Positions 40,343-53,759 are shown, counted from the first letter of the stretch. The stretch: 64,000 nt of DNA from Octopus sinensis (GCF_006345805.1 NC_043009.1:50964001-51028000); one strand, 5' to 3'. Notes: a model not told the origin generated them from the letters alone. Made by a program: numbers and translations.

Positions 40343-40745
40343 GTCTTTGCACAGCTTCTAGGGCTGGAGATGTAATATGCTGTCAGCTGCTGACTACCAG
40401 TGAGCTAAGGTAACAACAACCCTAATTTTTCGAGCACCATCCGGACTACTCGAGTGGTTCCAAGCAGCGCTGTTTTCTGCATGTGCACCACCCTTATTGC
40501 AGCTCCTATTTGTTCCATGTTCTTTTCAAGATTTTTATTCACTGTTCCCAGGGCTCCAACAGTTATTGGTACTACGACCACCTTTTTCAGTGAACACAAC
40601 TGCTTAACTTCCCAGGCGAACTTGTCATATCTATCGACTTTTCTTTCTTCTTTATCGTATACCTTATTGTCAGCTGGGCATGCTATATCTATGATCCAAC
40701 CTAGTTTACTTTCTTTCTCAGTTAATACTATGTTATACTGTTAAT
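40343..40745 (-). mobile_element. 5'-truncated R4/Dong-like LINE, family 2
   Basis: Minus-strand frame reads IVLTEKESKLGWIIDIACPADNKVYDKEERKVDRY...VVVPITVGALG...KTALLGTTRVVRMVL. Different 3' UTR from family 1; the tail runs into the (TAA)n at 40243-40342. Confidence 0.85.
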
Positions 40746-40769
40746 TGAGAAAGAAAGCAAACGATACCT

Positions 40770-41974
40770 GTAAAACTGCTCGGGGTCTGGTTCGGACCGG
40801 ACCTCCAACTGGAGAAGAACTGGAGCGAGGTGACGAGCAGGTTAGCCAGTCTCACCTAGAAATGTATCGAGAGGAAGCTATCCTTGAAAGGTCGAGCAGA
40901 GGTGGCGAACATATACGTCGCCTCAGTCATTTACTACCGCCTCACCGTCGTGCCTTGCCCCAATTCGTACCTTTTGAAGCTGGGGCGTTTGCTTTCCGTC
41001 TCTTATGGATAGGACGGACTCAGCTGGTCATCCGCTCCATTTGCTGTCAACACTCTATGAACGGTGGACTGGGTATGCCGTGGCTACTGATACGCAGACA
41101 TGCGCTGAGGCTACGACAGACCCAGCGTTTCCTCGACGACGGTAAGCAGGTATGGTCGCCTTTGTCAGATTCGCTTTCCTGCAGAGTCTTTTCAACTGAG
41201 CTGCAATCTTGGATCAAGCGTAGGCCGAGGCTGGGCGTCTGCCACCGGGATTGTCGCCAGGCTCTCATGCTCCTCAGCCAGTCGCGCAATGCGGTTAATG
41301 GAAGTTCTACTATGGCGTTGTATAGAGGGTTAGTGGTGAAAGGACGCGACCACGTTCTTGGGGAAACTCTAGGCGTCGATGAATTTCACCTCACCAGTCT
41401 GTTCTGGAGGACTTTCGGGCCGGGGCCTATGGATAACTTCCAGAAATCCCTGGCCTGGCCTGGCAGTGCTATTGCGGGGAGGGGCTTTGCCTGTTCGAGA
41501 TAAACTCTACAGGCACGGAAGTGCCGTCAGTCGGACCTGCCCGAGATGTTCGCAGAGCGACGAAACTGTTCTGCTCGCACTCGTTCAGTGCCCGAGCATA
41601 TCTGATATATAGGATTATGTCGGACACCAGCTGTCACGTGTAGGACGTGTTTGCTTGTCAGCTCATTCCATCATAAAGATTGCCCCGCCGCCTTCTTTTG
41701 GCCGGAAAGGGAAGGCAATTCTCATCAATCTCTTGTCTGAAGCGAAAGAGGTTGTGTGGTGGTCTGGACTGAAAGGGCTGAAGACAAATACTTTTCTCTT
41801 TGGTCTAACCCCTCATCAACTTTTTCAGATACCATCTGAAAAGGAAAGTGAGGGTTGGGAGAAAAGTGCTGACTTTCAACAATTTTGTTAAAAGGTGGGT
41901 GACTGTGGCGAAAATGGTCCGTGTCAACGGGCCGATTTTGAGCATGCGCTTTTGAGTTTCCAAGGCAGAGAGAG

Positions 41975-42014
<40 letters not shown>

Positions 42015-42240
42015 TAGGAAGAGGGTTGTTGCCCTGGTAGTTGTAGCGCTAGTGGATTTTCCGTGGGGTCTCCATGAGTAGCCCAATGTTGCTTGCCTCT
42101 TTTAGGCATTTCCTTTGTTATATTATTTTAATTTTTTATTGTTATTGATTATTTACACGGCACTTTATGTAACCCTACTTCATCTTTCATGTTTTGTAAT
42201 ATCCAATCTTATTATTGACAGCCCTTGTGGCTAATAAAGA
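40770..42240 (+). mobile_element. Decayed Tx1/L1-like LINE, 3' part of ORF2 plus 3' UTR
   Basis: FRLLWIGRTQLVIRSICCQHSMNGGLGMPWL (post-RT GGLG motif) and ALPVRDKLYRHG...CPRCSQSDETVLLALVQCP (zinc knuckle). Frameshifted; AATAAA at 42233. Confidence 0.8.
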
Positions 42241-42248
42241 AGGGACTA

Positions 42249-42290
<42 letters not shown>

Positions 42291-43109
42291 GTATAGTAGT
42301 AGTAGTAGTAGTAGTAGTACTAGTTGTATTGGTGGAATAATAAAGGTGTGGGTAGATCAATTGTACCTGTTTATGTTCTCTCTTTCTCTTTGGCACCTTT
42401 TTTTTAATTGAACATATTCTCTTACATTTTAGTTTTCCTTTGTTTCCCTTCTTCACATTTCTCGCCCCAAACCACGCTCCATTTCCTCCTCCTCCACCTA
42501 CTCCCCTCCTTCCATCCCCTCGTACCCTCCTCCTCCTCCTCCTTACCTTTTATTATGTTCCGTATTTCCTTTGAAGTGTTATTTCCTTTATTCCTTCCTC
42601 TTTGTTTATTTGTATTCATGTGAAGTTTTTCTTAATGAATACCCATCTTGTCCTAGCTTAACCTTAGCTATCTCACTACCCTTAGTGGAGCTACCTTACC
42701 TTCGCCTCATCTCACTTTCTCCATCGTACCTCAATTTACCTGTATATCCGAACTGATCTTATCTGTCTTTTTCTTTGTTTTTAGCATATTTTTTAAAGTT
42801 TATATATTTTTTTTACGTTCAAATTTGCTTTGTTGTATATTTTATTCTTTGAATTCCTTTTGCGCAACCCACTGTATCTTTCTCTCTCTCCTTTATGTAT
42901 GTATGTATGTATGTATGTATGTATGTATGTATGTATGTATGTATGTATGTATGTATGTATGTATGTATGTATATTTGTATAGATGGGTGGATGGATCAGT
43001 CTATCTATCTAGGTTTCTCTCTCTCAAACAATATATGAATATATATATTCTCTCTCTTTCTTTTGCCCCACGCTACTTCCCTCCCTCCATCTCTCTCTCT
43101 CTCTCTGTC

Positions 43110-43195
<86 letters not shown>

Positions 43196-43267
43196 CCGTG
43201 TGTGTGTTTGTGTGTGTGTATACATACATACATACATATACATACATACATACATATATATATATAT

Positions 43268-43302
<35 letters not shown>

Positions 43303-43334
43303 ACACACACACACACACACACCACACACACACG

Positions 43335-43375
<41 letters not shown>

Positions 43376-43679
43376 GTAGTCAATTTTGCCCTGTCATTCT
43401 AATACTGCACTCACACGAAATCAGAAGAAACGAAGTGGTTTAGGTCTTAGCATTAATTCACTGTTAATCCCCGCTTAGTCTCTCTTTACCTTTTTACCTC
43501 TTTATTTCTCATTTCTCTCTCTTTCTTCGGGCACACGCACGCACACACACGCCCGCCCGCACTTACGCACGTACACACACACGTATAAAAAGATAGATAG
43601 ATAAATATAGATAGTTATAACGATAGATGGAGAGAAATATAGATAGATAGGTAGATTGATGGATAGATAGATAGGTTGG

Positions 43680-43732
<53 letters not shown>

Positions 43733-43848
43733 GGTAGATAGATATATATATATAGATAGATAGACAGATAGATTGATTATATATATATATATATAATATA
43801 TATATATATATAATATATATATAGATAGATAGATAGATAGATAGATAT

Positions 43849-43888
<40 letters not shown>

Positions 43889-45044
43889 GCAACTACGCAA
43901 CTAGCCAGACCGACAAAAACCTATGTACCCACCTCCTCCGTTTCCCCACATCATTTCATGATAACAGTAATGTACGCCTTTATGAAATGTTAAGATGGGC
44001 GTTAACTTGAAAAGTAAAAATTGTATACAAAATACGGCCTCCAATCGTGCTAAATCACAATAAATTTATTTACTTATATTGTTTTTGTTTATACTCCTGA
44101 TCGAGTAGACATATGATGAAAGACGTTTCTGTCATTCGTATGTATTATACATAGCTATGAATACACTGTTCTATATGCCCTCCTTCCTTTCAAATTCATG
44201 TCGGCTTTCGTCAAAAATGGCCGCCAATTTTTTAACGCAGTTTAACTCTTCGTTTAGAAATGGTCATCACAATGCATTATTAAGTCATATTTTATTTTTT
44301 ATCGGCAGACGATGTCTTCCATATTTCTGTGTAGCTTAGCCAACAAACTTGTGCTATCCTAATATAACTAAAATTACAAATATTCTGTCCATGACCATCC
44401 ATCCTGTCAATTAGTAGTGGATGGATTATCTACATTGGATTCCTTTAAGGCGTTATGGTGTGATATGAGAATTAAGTATGAAAGATGCATTGCCCCAAAC
44501 AGAAACTGCTGGAGAAACTTCGTGGCTTTCAAGCTCTTCTACATTCATCGCAACGCTGGGAACCCTTCCATAGATTCAGCAGCTATCTCAGAGTCATAAG
44601 CGTTTCGCCCCTTAGCATGCGCTTTTCTCCTGGGTAGGAATGAACTAGCCTTCACTCACAGAAGGGTTCCACTTCTGGTCTCTGATCCACCATAGCGACC
44701 TGCCATGCCTATCTCCGTGAAGTCTTTCTTCACTCGTTTGGATCCGAACCAATCTTCTGTGGGAAATAGCGAACAGACTCAGCTGGAAAGCTGCGACAAC
44801 CGACTTCAATGGAAAATGAGGCAGCATGTCATCATTTGAAAAGGGCCTCGTCAACTAAGTCCTGATTATTTTGTTTCCTTTACCAGGTGGTAAATAACGA
44901 GTGTGTCCTCCGAGGACTCTGTGAGTTCAGCCACAACGATTATTTCTGTATTCCAGGGGAGCACGAAAATGTCTGGCTGGAGTGTTCTAATCTATATCTC
45001 CTCTGGCAAGACATGTATTTTGGAATTAAAAGCATATACATTAT

Positions 45045-45380
45045 CTTTATCTTTTAGTTACTTCAGTCATTAGACTGCGGTCATGCTGGGACAACGTATT
45101 GAAGAACTTGAAGTACTTCCTTAAAACCTGGTACTTATTCTATTGGTTTCTCTTTTGCCGAACTGCTAATTTGCACAGACGTAAGTACACTAACGCCAGT
45201 TGTGAAGCGGTGGAGGGAGATAAACACAAACGCAAACACACATGCACACACACATACACACACATACACACACGCACACACAACGGGTTTCTTTCAGTTT
45301 CCATCTTCCAAATCCATTTGCAAGGCCTTAGTCGACCCGAGGCTATAGCTGAAGGTGCCACGCAATGGAACTGAATCCGG
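45045..45380 (-). mobile_element. SINE family A, diverged
   Basis: Degenerate tail, body and partial head. Confidence 0.65.
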
Positions 45381-45651
45381 CAACAACGACAGTATTGGTT
45401 TCTTATTTTGATAAAAGACCAGAAGCTTTAGTGGTTGTCTTTGGCTCCAATACATGACTGGTATTTATTTTACCGATCATTAATGGAAGAAAAGCCAAGT
45501 TAAACATCTAATTTTGACTGATGCTCTACTGATTATATTAAAGGCACTATATTGTCTGTGTTATTCCTTTACTGAATACGTAAGATAGTATTTGAGATTC
45601 GGCTGTCATTTCTAACATGCCTATCAACCGTGTTGAGCCGCCTCAATTTTG

Positions 45652-45832
45652 GGGAAAGGGGCCAGTCGATCAGATCGACCACAGTATGCAACTGGTACTT
45701 AATTTATTGACCCCGAAAGGATGAAAGGCAAAGTCGACCTCGGCGGAATTTGAACTCAGAACATAAATACGGAGGAAATGCCCCTAAGCATTTCGTCCGA
45801 ATTGCTAACGTTTCTGCCAGTTCGTCGCCTTC
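45652..45832 (-). mobile_element. SINE family C
   Basis: ggtacttaattt...aaaggatgaaaggcaaagtcgacctcggcggaatttgaactcag. Confidence 0.85.
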
Positions 45833-45913
45833 CTCATTAGCTCATTATGCCATCAATGTCGTTATTTATGTTATTGGTGTTATTGTTTAGTGCGAATGTA
45901 TACTCCAAATAAG

Positions 45914-46020
45914 TACCGTAAATCTTCGAGTATAGTCCGCCCTTGAGTATAATACGCAGGGGATTTTAGGGGCTGTACCTCTGAAAAAACCTAAACCTTG
46001 TGTATAATGCGCACCACTTC
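45914..46020 (+). mobile_element. Left end of a pogo-like MITE
   Basis: TA-CCGTAAATCTTCGAGTATAGTCCG resembles pogo-type TIR starts. The partner TIR was not seen. Confidence 0.4.
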
Positions 46021-46319
46021 TCTAAGTTGGTCGGCCCGTGGCTAGAGCAGAAGGCACTGAATTCAGAATCATGTGGTTGGGAAGCAAATGTGTGTGTATG
46101 TGTTTGTGTGTATGTGTATATGTGATTGTGGCTTGAAGGATATTTCGCTGCTATTTCTGGCAAATTGTAATCCCACGTACAGTTAGAGTTTCGTTCGTAG
46201 ATTCATAGTTAGTTACAACAGTATATCTCTATTTAGTCTCATCAGAGAAAGGTTCGATCACGATCATCGTCACTACCTCTGCCACGATACCACCTCTGTT
46301 GTCATTGGCGACGGTTTCC

Positions 46320-46540
46320 TTTTGATCATCACTGCACCAGCACCACCAACACCACCACCATCATTGCCATCACCACTACCATCGGACCAGCACCACCACC
46401 ACCACCACCTCCACCACCATCATCATAATCATCATCATCACCATCAGACTACCACCACCATCATTATTACCATCCTTACCATCACCACTACCATCAGACC
46501 ACCAACAATCTCCACCACCACTATCACTACCACTTCCACC

Positions 46541-46574
<34 letters not shown>

Positions 46575-46710
46575 TCATCACCATCACCACTACCATCAGA
46601 CCACCTCCACCAGCACCACCACCAACACCACCACCACCACCATCACCATCATCACCATCACCACTACCATCAGACCACCACTACCAACACCGCCACCCCA
46701 CCTCCACCTC
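46320..46710. repeat. CAC/CAT-rich tract with a recurring ACCACTACCATCAGACCACC motif
   Basis: About five exact or near copies of the motif inside triplet runs. Confidence 0.8.
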
Positions 46711-47496
46711 TTTGACACGAACTTATATTCAGAATAAAACCTGAAACGTATGACTGAACTCGTATAAATATTTACGGGTGAGTGCGGGATTTACTCAACA
46801 TTAATTAATTCACGGGAGTTCACAATAGACGTCAGATATTTGGATATAGACGCACAGACAGACAAACGAATTTTCTCAAGATAGCTGCCATATTGACTAA
46901 GATATAGAATCAGATAAGTTATACGTATCATTACATTCATTCATCCATCCGATAACTTCCTTTATACCACATCGATATATTCTCTTCATCCATTAATACA
47001 TAAGTTTTATTTTCCTAAAATCACGTCTTTATTGATTTATTCGTTCAATCATTCATTTATTTTTGTCATAATCTATATGCGTTCTTAAAGGCGATTAATG
47101 GCAGAATTGAATGATATTTGTTCCAACTCCTATCGTTATCAGTTCGTATCGTGCCGATGTCAATAATCACTTTTCATTCTTTAATTTATTGGCGATAAAT
47201 AAAGCAACATTTTTGTACAAGGGGCGACTTAATCCACTAATCCCTTTCATCAAGAACTGCTGGTTTTGTTGCAAAATTACTGGCGATTATGTTTAGCTTT
47301 TTCCCCTTTATCAATGTTCCCCGGTAATGTTCAAATTTCATGCTGTCAAATAGTACAGCAGCTACCACCATCACCACAACCTGCAATACCAGCACCTCTC
47401 TCAACCACTACCACTACCACTACCACTACCACCACGCCGCCGCCGACACCACCACCACCACCGCCGCCACCACCACCACCACCACCACCAGCAGCA

Positions 47497-47732
47497 GCTA
47501 TGATGCTCCTCCACTTCTTCTGCTCGTGATCAGAGATGCACATATCAACAGCCACTAAGGGACATGCTCAACTAGTTAAGGTCAAGCAATTGACAAGAAA
47601 ATCTGTGGTATTGAGCAGAATACTTGCTGTAACCCATCTTTTATACCAAGACAAAATGTACATGATTACACATGCAATCGGTTAAGATCAGAAGCCATGA
47701 GAACCACTGCCTGGTACTGCAACAGAGCATTT
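47497..47732 (-). mobile_element. Element X (non-coding, TAA-associated), 5' part
   Basis: Aligns to 48271-48527, 48870-49100 and (inverted) 60100-60380. Begins next to (TTA)n. Confidence 0.8.
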
Positions 47733-47746
47733 ATTATTATTATTAT

Positions 47747-48270
47747 CCTATGTTTGACTTTTGCTTTACATGTGTACAAGTTGGCTCTAAGTCACACACA
47801 GAGACCTCAAGAGACAACAAGTTGGAAGTTCATGTTGGTGTTATGCCTAGGGTGCCATATATCTAGTTTTGTACTTAGTGTTGTACTAGTGAATATCTAA
47901 AAAATCATACGAAAATTATGTTTGTTTTAAAACTTGAGATTACATAGAAAGTATTTTGCGTAGGATATGAGCAGTTCCCATGAGCACTATCTTTTCAATT
48001 TCTGCCATTTTGGAATTTCCTAATATCTGAGTTAGATAGCAATCAACCCCTTTTGCTATCATTCCCAGGGCACCTATGACAACAGGTATTGTTTTAGTCT
48101 TCAGGTTCCACATTTTGCTGATTTCTGTTTCAAGATCTTTATATTTGCTCAGTTTTTGGTAAGTCTTGACAGATACGTTTATATCGGATGGACAGTCATA
48201 TCAATGAGGAGGCATGTTTTTTGCCTGAAGTCTTTCAATATGATGTCTGGCCTATTTGCATCTTTTATAT
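47747..48270 (-). mobile_element. 5'-truncated R4/Dong-like LINE, family 3 (frameshifted)
   Basis: DANRPDIILKDFRQKTCLLIDMT.../KLSKYKDLETEISKMWNLKTKTIPVVIGALG...GTAHILRKILSM*, with a short (TAA)n tail. Confidence 0.85.
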
Positions 48271-48527
48271 ATGGCTATGATGCTCCCCGACTACTTCTGT
48301 TCGTGATCAGAGATGCACATATCGTCAGCCAATAAGGGACATGCTCAACTGGTTAAGGTCAATCAACTGACAATCAAGCAACTGACAATCAAATCTGTGG
48401 TATTGAGCAGACTATTAGCTGTAACCCATCTTTTATACCAAGACAAAACAATGTACATGACAACACTTGCAACCAGTTAAGATCAGAAACCATGTGAGCC
48501 ACTCACTAATACTGTATCAGGACATTT
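48271..48527 (-). mobile_element. Element X 5' part joined directly to the R4 family 3 fragment
   Basis: No microsatellite at the junction near 48270; (TTA)n at 48528-48560. Confidence 0.75.
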
Positions 48528-48560
48528 ATTATTATCATTATTATTATTATTATTATTATT

Positions 48561-49099
48561 GAGTGAGCGAGCAGAGCATGCCATCGAAGTGACACTGGGG
48601 TAAAATATACGAAGCCCAGTATACCCATCATGACTACCCGTCTGATAAGGGTACACCAGGCACATGCATCACAACCATATGTGCGCGACATGGTGATCTC
48701 ATATCAAGATAAACAGCACATGACCTTACAGGTGGAGCCCAGTTAGAATTTTCTTCAGATCGAGTAACCCATCCCGCTCAAAAGGTCCCTGAATAAGGAT
48801 GTTGAACGAAACACCCATGTTTCCAGAGGTGAATTATTCAAACCCCAAAGAATCCTTCTCAACACATGGCTATGATGCTCCCCCGCTACTTCTGCTCGTG
48901 ATCAGAGATGCACATATCGTCAGCCACTAAGGGACATGCTCAACTGGTTAAGGTCAAACAACTGACAAGCAAATCTGTGGTATTGAGCAGAATATTTGCT
49001 GTAGCCCATCTTTTATACCAAGACAAAACAATGTACATGATAACACTTCCAATCGGTTAAGATCAGAAGGATAACACTTCCAATCAGTTAAGATCAGAA

Positions 49100-49100
<1 letters not shown>
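48561..49100 (-). mobile_element. Element X, near-complete copy within (TTA)n
   Basis: Flanked by (TTA)n on both sides, no ORF or tRNA boxes seen, ~31-bp tandem duplication at its 5' end (49040-49100). Confidence 0.8.
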
Positions 49101-49158
<58 letters not shown>

Positions 49159-49538
49159 CATCATCATCATCAGCAGCAGCAGCAGCAGCACCAGCAGCAG
49201 CATCATCATCGTCATTTGCTCGACAGAGTCTCAAAGCGCGAGAGTCTTCTGTAATGCACTAATCATGAAACTCTTAGCGCATGAGTCGCTATATACTGTC
49301 TTAGAAGTAGAAAAATATATACACATACTTATGTATTGAGTCCTCTTCAACCTGTTTTGCACTACCAAGCTTATATATTAATGTAATTTTTTTACTGATC
49401 TACCAACTACCACCACTAGCACTACCACTACTGTGTGTATGTATATATCTATACATATACACATACATACATGCATATATGTATGTGTGTGTATACACTC
49501 AGACAGAAACACACACACACACACACACACATACATAC

Positions 49539-49584
<46 letters not shown>

Positions 49585-49915
49585 TTATGTATATATTTAC
49601 ATTTACATATTTATATGTATATATATGTATATTTATATATGTATGTGCGCGTGTTTGCGTGTGTACGCACATATGCATATCTTTGTAAATACCTATACGT
49701 TATATATATATACATATACACACAAACACACACACGTTTATATATGCAGTATCTATATTCTTAAGGTTTGATAACGACTCGTAAACAATTTTCACTGATT
49801 CCTATCAGAAATAACCGTTGCTGTTCCTGCTTGTTGAAATGTAGGTTAGCAACATGATACTGTTTAAGGCATAACTTGAGGTAATTAACCACATTTATGA
49901 AAGATGCATGGATAG

Positions 49916-49972
<57 letters not shown>

Positions 49973-50190
49973 TGATGTGTTGATATTGGATAGAAGACGG
50001 CAGGCAATCACACATTGAATAGTACACACAAATGCACACAAATAGACACACAGAAGTACAAACACAGATGCAGATACATGCGCGCTCACGCTTATATACA
50101 TTCTATAAATTCTCGTCACTACTCGTCACCGCCTATATGAAAATATACATATTTATTATACGCATCTCTAGACATACATACACACACACA

Positions 50191-50241
<51 letters not shown>

Positions 50242-50332
50242 TAATAAATAAAATATATGCATACATACAAACATATATGTACGTACCTACATCTACATGT
50301 ATATATACATGCATATATAAATATATATATAC

Positions 50333-50550
50333 GTGAGTACAGGACACCACAACTAGACGTAGAACTCAACGAGAAATGAAAACGGAAAAAAACATTTTTT
50401 TACAACAGAAAAACAGAGTACAGGACATACTGCGCAAGGAAAAATCCCCTATCATCAGCTGTCATTAGTTCGACTCCAGCATGTTTCGAAGGCAAGACAG
50501 GACACGACTCGCCAAACTAGTCCTTCCTGCGAGAGAATTAAAATAAATTA
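50333..50550 (-). mobile_element. Penelope-like terminal region between (TA)n runs
   Basis: Minus strand has CGAAACATG...GTC...CTGATGA and a T-rich tail; TA repeats on both sides. Confidence 0.4.
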
Positions 50551-50551
50551 C

Positions 50552-50637
<86 letters not shown>

Positions 50638-50949
50638 TACATACATATACGTATCAACATTTATAATAGATAGGTATATACATATATTCATACATACAGA
50701 TATCCATAAATAAATGCATATATATTTGCATGCATCCAACAATACCTTCATCCATCCATCCATCCATCCATCCATACATACATACATACATACATACATA
50801 CATACATACATACATACCTACGTACATACATGCATACATACATACATACAGACAGACATACGTACATACATACATGCCTACATACATACACTCATGCATG
50901 CATGCATTCATTCGTGGATAGATTAGATAGATATTTGTGTGGGCAAAAT

Positions 50950-51730
50950 AATTGTTTCTCTATGGGTTGCTCCTTCAGTGTGTCAAGAAATGTTTCGAAG
51001 ACAGGACGGATGATCGAGTCGAAAGATATTCACTATTTAATCTTTATCACGTCGTTCTACGTACTATTTGTCGTAGCCACTCAAGTTGATTTTATGCTAC
51101 GTCGACAAATTTGAAAATGTTCCCACCAAGTTTATTCTATTCTTCTTTGAGACCATTCCACAGCACTCTGAAATGAGAAATCCTGTTTATAATGTGTCGA
51201 AATTGCCGTGAATTTCATTTAACAGCGGATGAGAGATTACGTTTCCTATGTTTGCAGCTTGTCTTACGTCATTTACCTGCTGTCGGAAACGACGATGGTT
51301 AGCAATCAATGGCAAAAAGGGAATCCAGTCTGAAAACATTTGTGTTCTGTGACTGGGTGAATATGAGGGGTGTCGTCTGTCGTGAAGTGTTAGACGAAAA
51401 CGAAGCGTAGTACAAAAAAATTCCAGCAAAGGCTCCAGCCATTGGTCAGTGGTAAAGCGATAATTTTCAGACGATACTACAAGACCAGTACTGAACGAGG
51501 CACTCAGTAAAAGATTATGGTATATGGAAGTTTACCTTATGTCCCTCACGCCCCTGGCCTTCCTACATCTAACTGTCATAGAAGGAAAATAGTTTACTAG
51601 TTGTGAAGAAGTTAAAAATGCTGTTCAACGTACCTTTGCTTGGAAACCCGAGGAATTTTGTATCCGAAGGTTTAATAATTCCCCTAATATACAGGATTGC
51701 GTATTGAATAACGAAGAGATATTAAATTGA
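50950..51730 (+). pseudogene. Mariner transposase relic
   Basis: Degenerate motifs: EGVVCREVLDENE, D.TRP, LPYVPHAPGLPTSNCH (like LPHPPYSPDLAPSDYH), EEVKNAVQRTFAWKPEEF. Many stops and frameshifts. Confidence 0.7.
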
Positions 51731-51733
51731 TTA

Positions 51734-51890
51734 TAGGCGCAGAAGTGGCTGTGTGGTAAAGTAGCTTGCTTACCAACAACATGATTCTGGGTTCATTCCC
51801 ACTGAGTGGTACCTTGGGCAAATGTCTTCTACTATAGCCTTGTAAGTGGATTTGGTGGACGGAGACTGAAAGAAGCCCGTCGTATATATG

Positions 51891-51921
<31 letters not shown>

Positions 51922-52145
51922 ATGTGTTTGTGTGTGTGTATGTTTGTGCGTCTGAGTTTGTCACCCCAACATCGCTTGATAACCGATGGTGGTGCGTTTA
52001 CGTCACCGTAAATTAGAGGTTCGGCATAAGAGACCGATAGAATAAGTACTAAACTTACAAAGAATAAGTCCTGGAGTCGATTTGCTCGACTAAAGGCGGT
52101 GCTCCAGCATGGCCGCAGTCAAATGACTGAAACAAGTAAAAGAGT
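51734..52145 (+). mobile_element. SINE family A
   Basis: Full head to tail. Confidence 0.9.
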
Positions 52146-52244
52146 GAAAATAGTGATGAAGTATATCAATTAAGACCACACAAGAATTTGTTTCTTTCTT
52201 GTTTTTTAATGTGATAGAACTTTCTTTCCAACGTAAGATATGTG

Positions 52245-52287
<43 letters not shown>

Positions 52288-53317
52288 CTCTTACACACTG
52301 ATACAGACAGACAGACAGACAGACATACAGACAGACAGATACACACACACACACACAAACATACAAGTGTAGTGACTGTACATTTAGCACCACTGTGTAA
52401 ATAGACTATCTGGTTAAAACACAAAGGTTCCCTCGGATAACAGCTTCACCAGGGTTTAATTTTGGCTTTGTCGACACCTCGCGAGTATCTATCGCTTCCA
52501 CTCTACCGATATGTAACTTCCAGCTACTTATAAAATATGCAGCAAAGAAGTGCACTAACTTTCTTTCATTTGCGTATCAGTTTGTAGTATCTCTGTTGCT
52601 TGCCTGTTAATTAAAATAACGAAACTGAGTTAGTTCGTATTAAAAAAAACCTCTATTAGTTAATTAACACCTCTATAGCTGACGTACTTTACTAACGTTA
52701 ACAACCAATATTACTCATTGCATTTTTAATAAATAACTAACGGCTGCAATACGGAGCAAAGTCACCATTGATAATTTTGTAAAATACATATGAAACCACA
52801 CAAGTTATTCTCCAGTCCATTTTCTAAGGCTGGCTCTGCATTTCTGTTTCAACAATGAGGTTAGATTTATATTCATTAATAATAAATACATGTCTCACGA
52901 AAGACATGACAGCCAAAAACCATTAGAGTAGAGTTCTGTACCATAAATACAAAATTCTAGGCCCTACATATACGACGCACTTATTTCAAAGGTCAGTACT
53001 TCGTATATGTGAAGAGAAATTATGTTAAGTAATAAGAAATAACTGGACAAAATATTCTCTATAGTGTTATCTAAAATATAAAGCGAGAAGGGGAGATAAC
53101 TTCTTTAAGCCATAAGAAGGATATAAATTAAGGTGTGTTGCACATACACTCACTCACACACACAGAGGCCACCATGACGCACTTACACTTTTGTATATAT
53201 ATATATATATATATATATACATAGGTACACACACACACACATGCATATATATGTTGTATATATGTTTACTGTAGGTTGGTAGGTAGGTAGGTAGGTAGGC
53301 ATATATGTACATGTATG

Positions 53318-53365
<48 letters not shown>

Positions 53366-53759
53366 GAAATCACACGAGGCAGCATTGGATTGAATATACT
53401 CGTGCAATGTTCACTTTCGCGTACATTCAGACATGAGAATTAATATTCGTTTCGAAATAATCTCGGAAGAAAATTCTCCACCTAGACGACATTCGTAAAA
53501 TCACATAAGAGTTTTGAAAGACGTCAGTGGATCGTAGGATGCAGCATTTCTGCGTTGTTACGTAACATCAGATACGAATCCTTGATCTCTTTTTCACAAC
53601 CCGAAAAGAACGTTTCGTTTTTATACTGAAACACAAAACTGCCATTTGCTGAAGTGCATAAAGTTTTGTCAGACTAGAATTAATTAGCTAATGCCGCACG
53701 AAGCATCGTTCAATAAAATATATTCGTGTTTTCACACGTACTTTTTTCAATATGAGAAT

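Noticed and set aside
40745-41503. 252-aa ORF as a host gene
   Set aside because: It is a frameshifted piece of Tx1/L1-like ORF2, and its start is an artefact of the junction with the R4 fragment.
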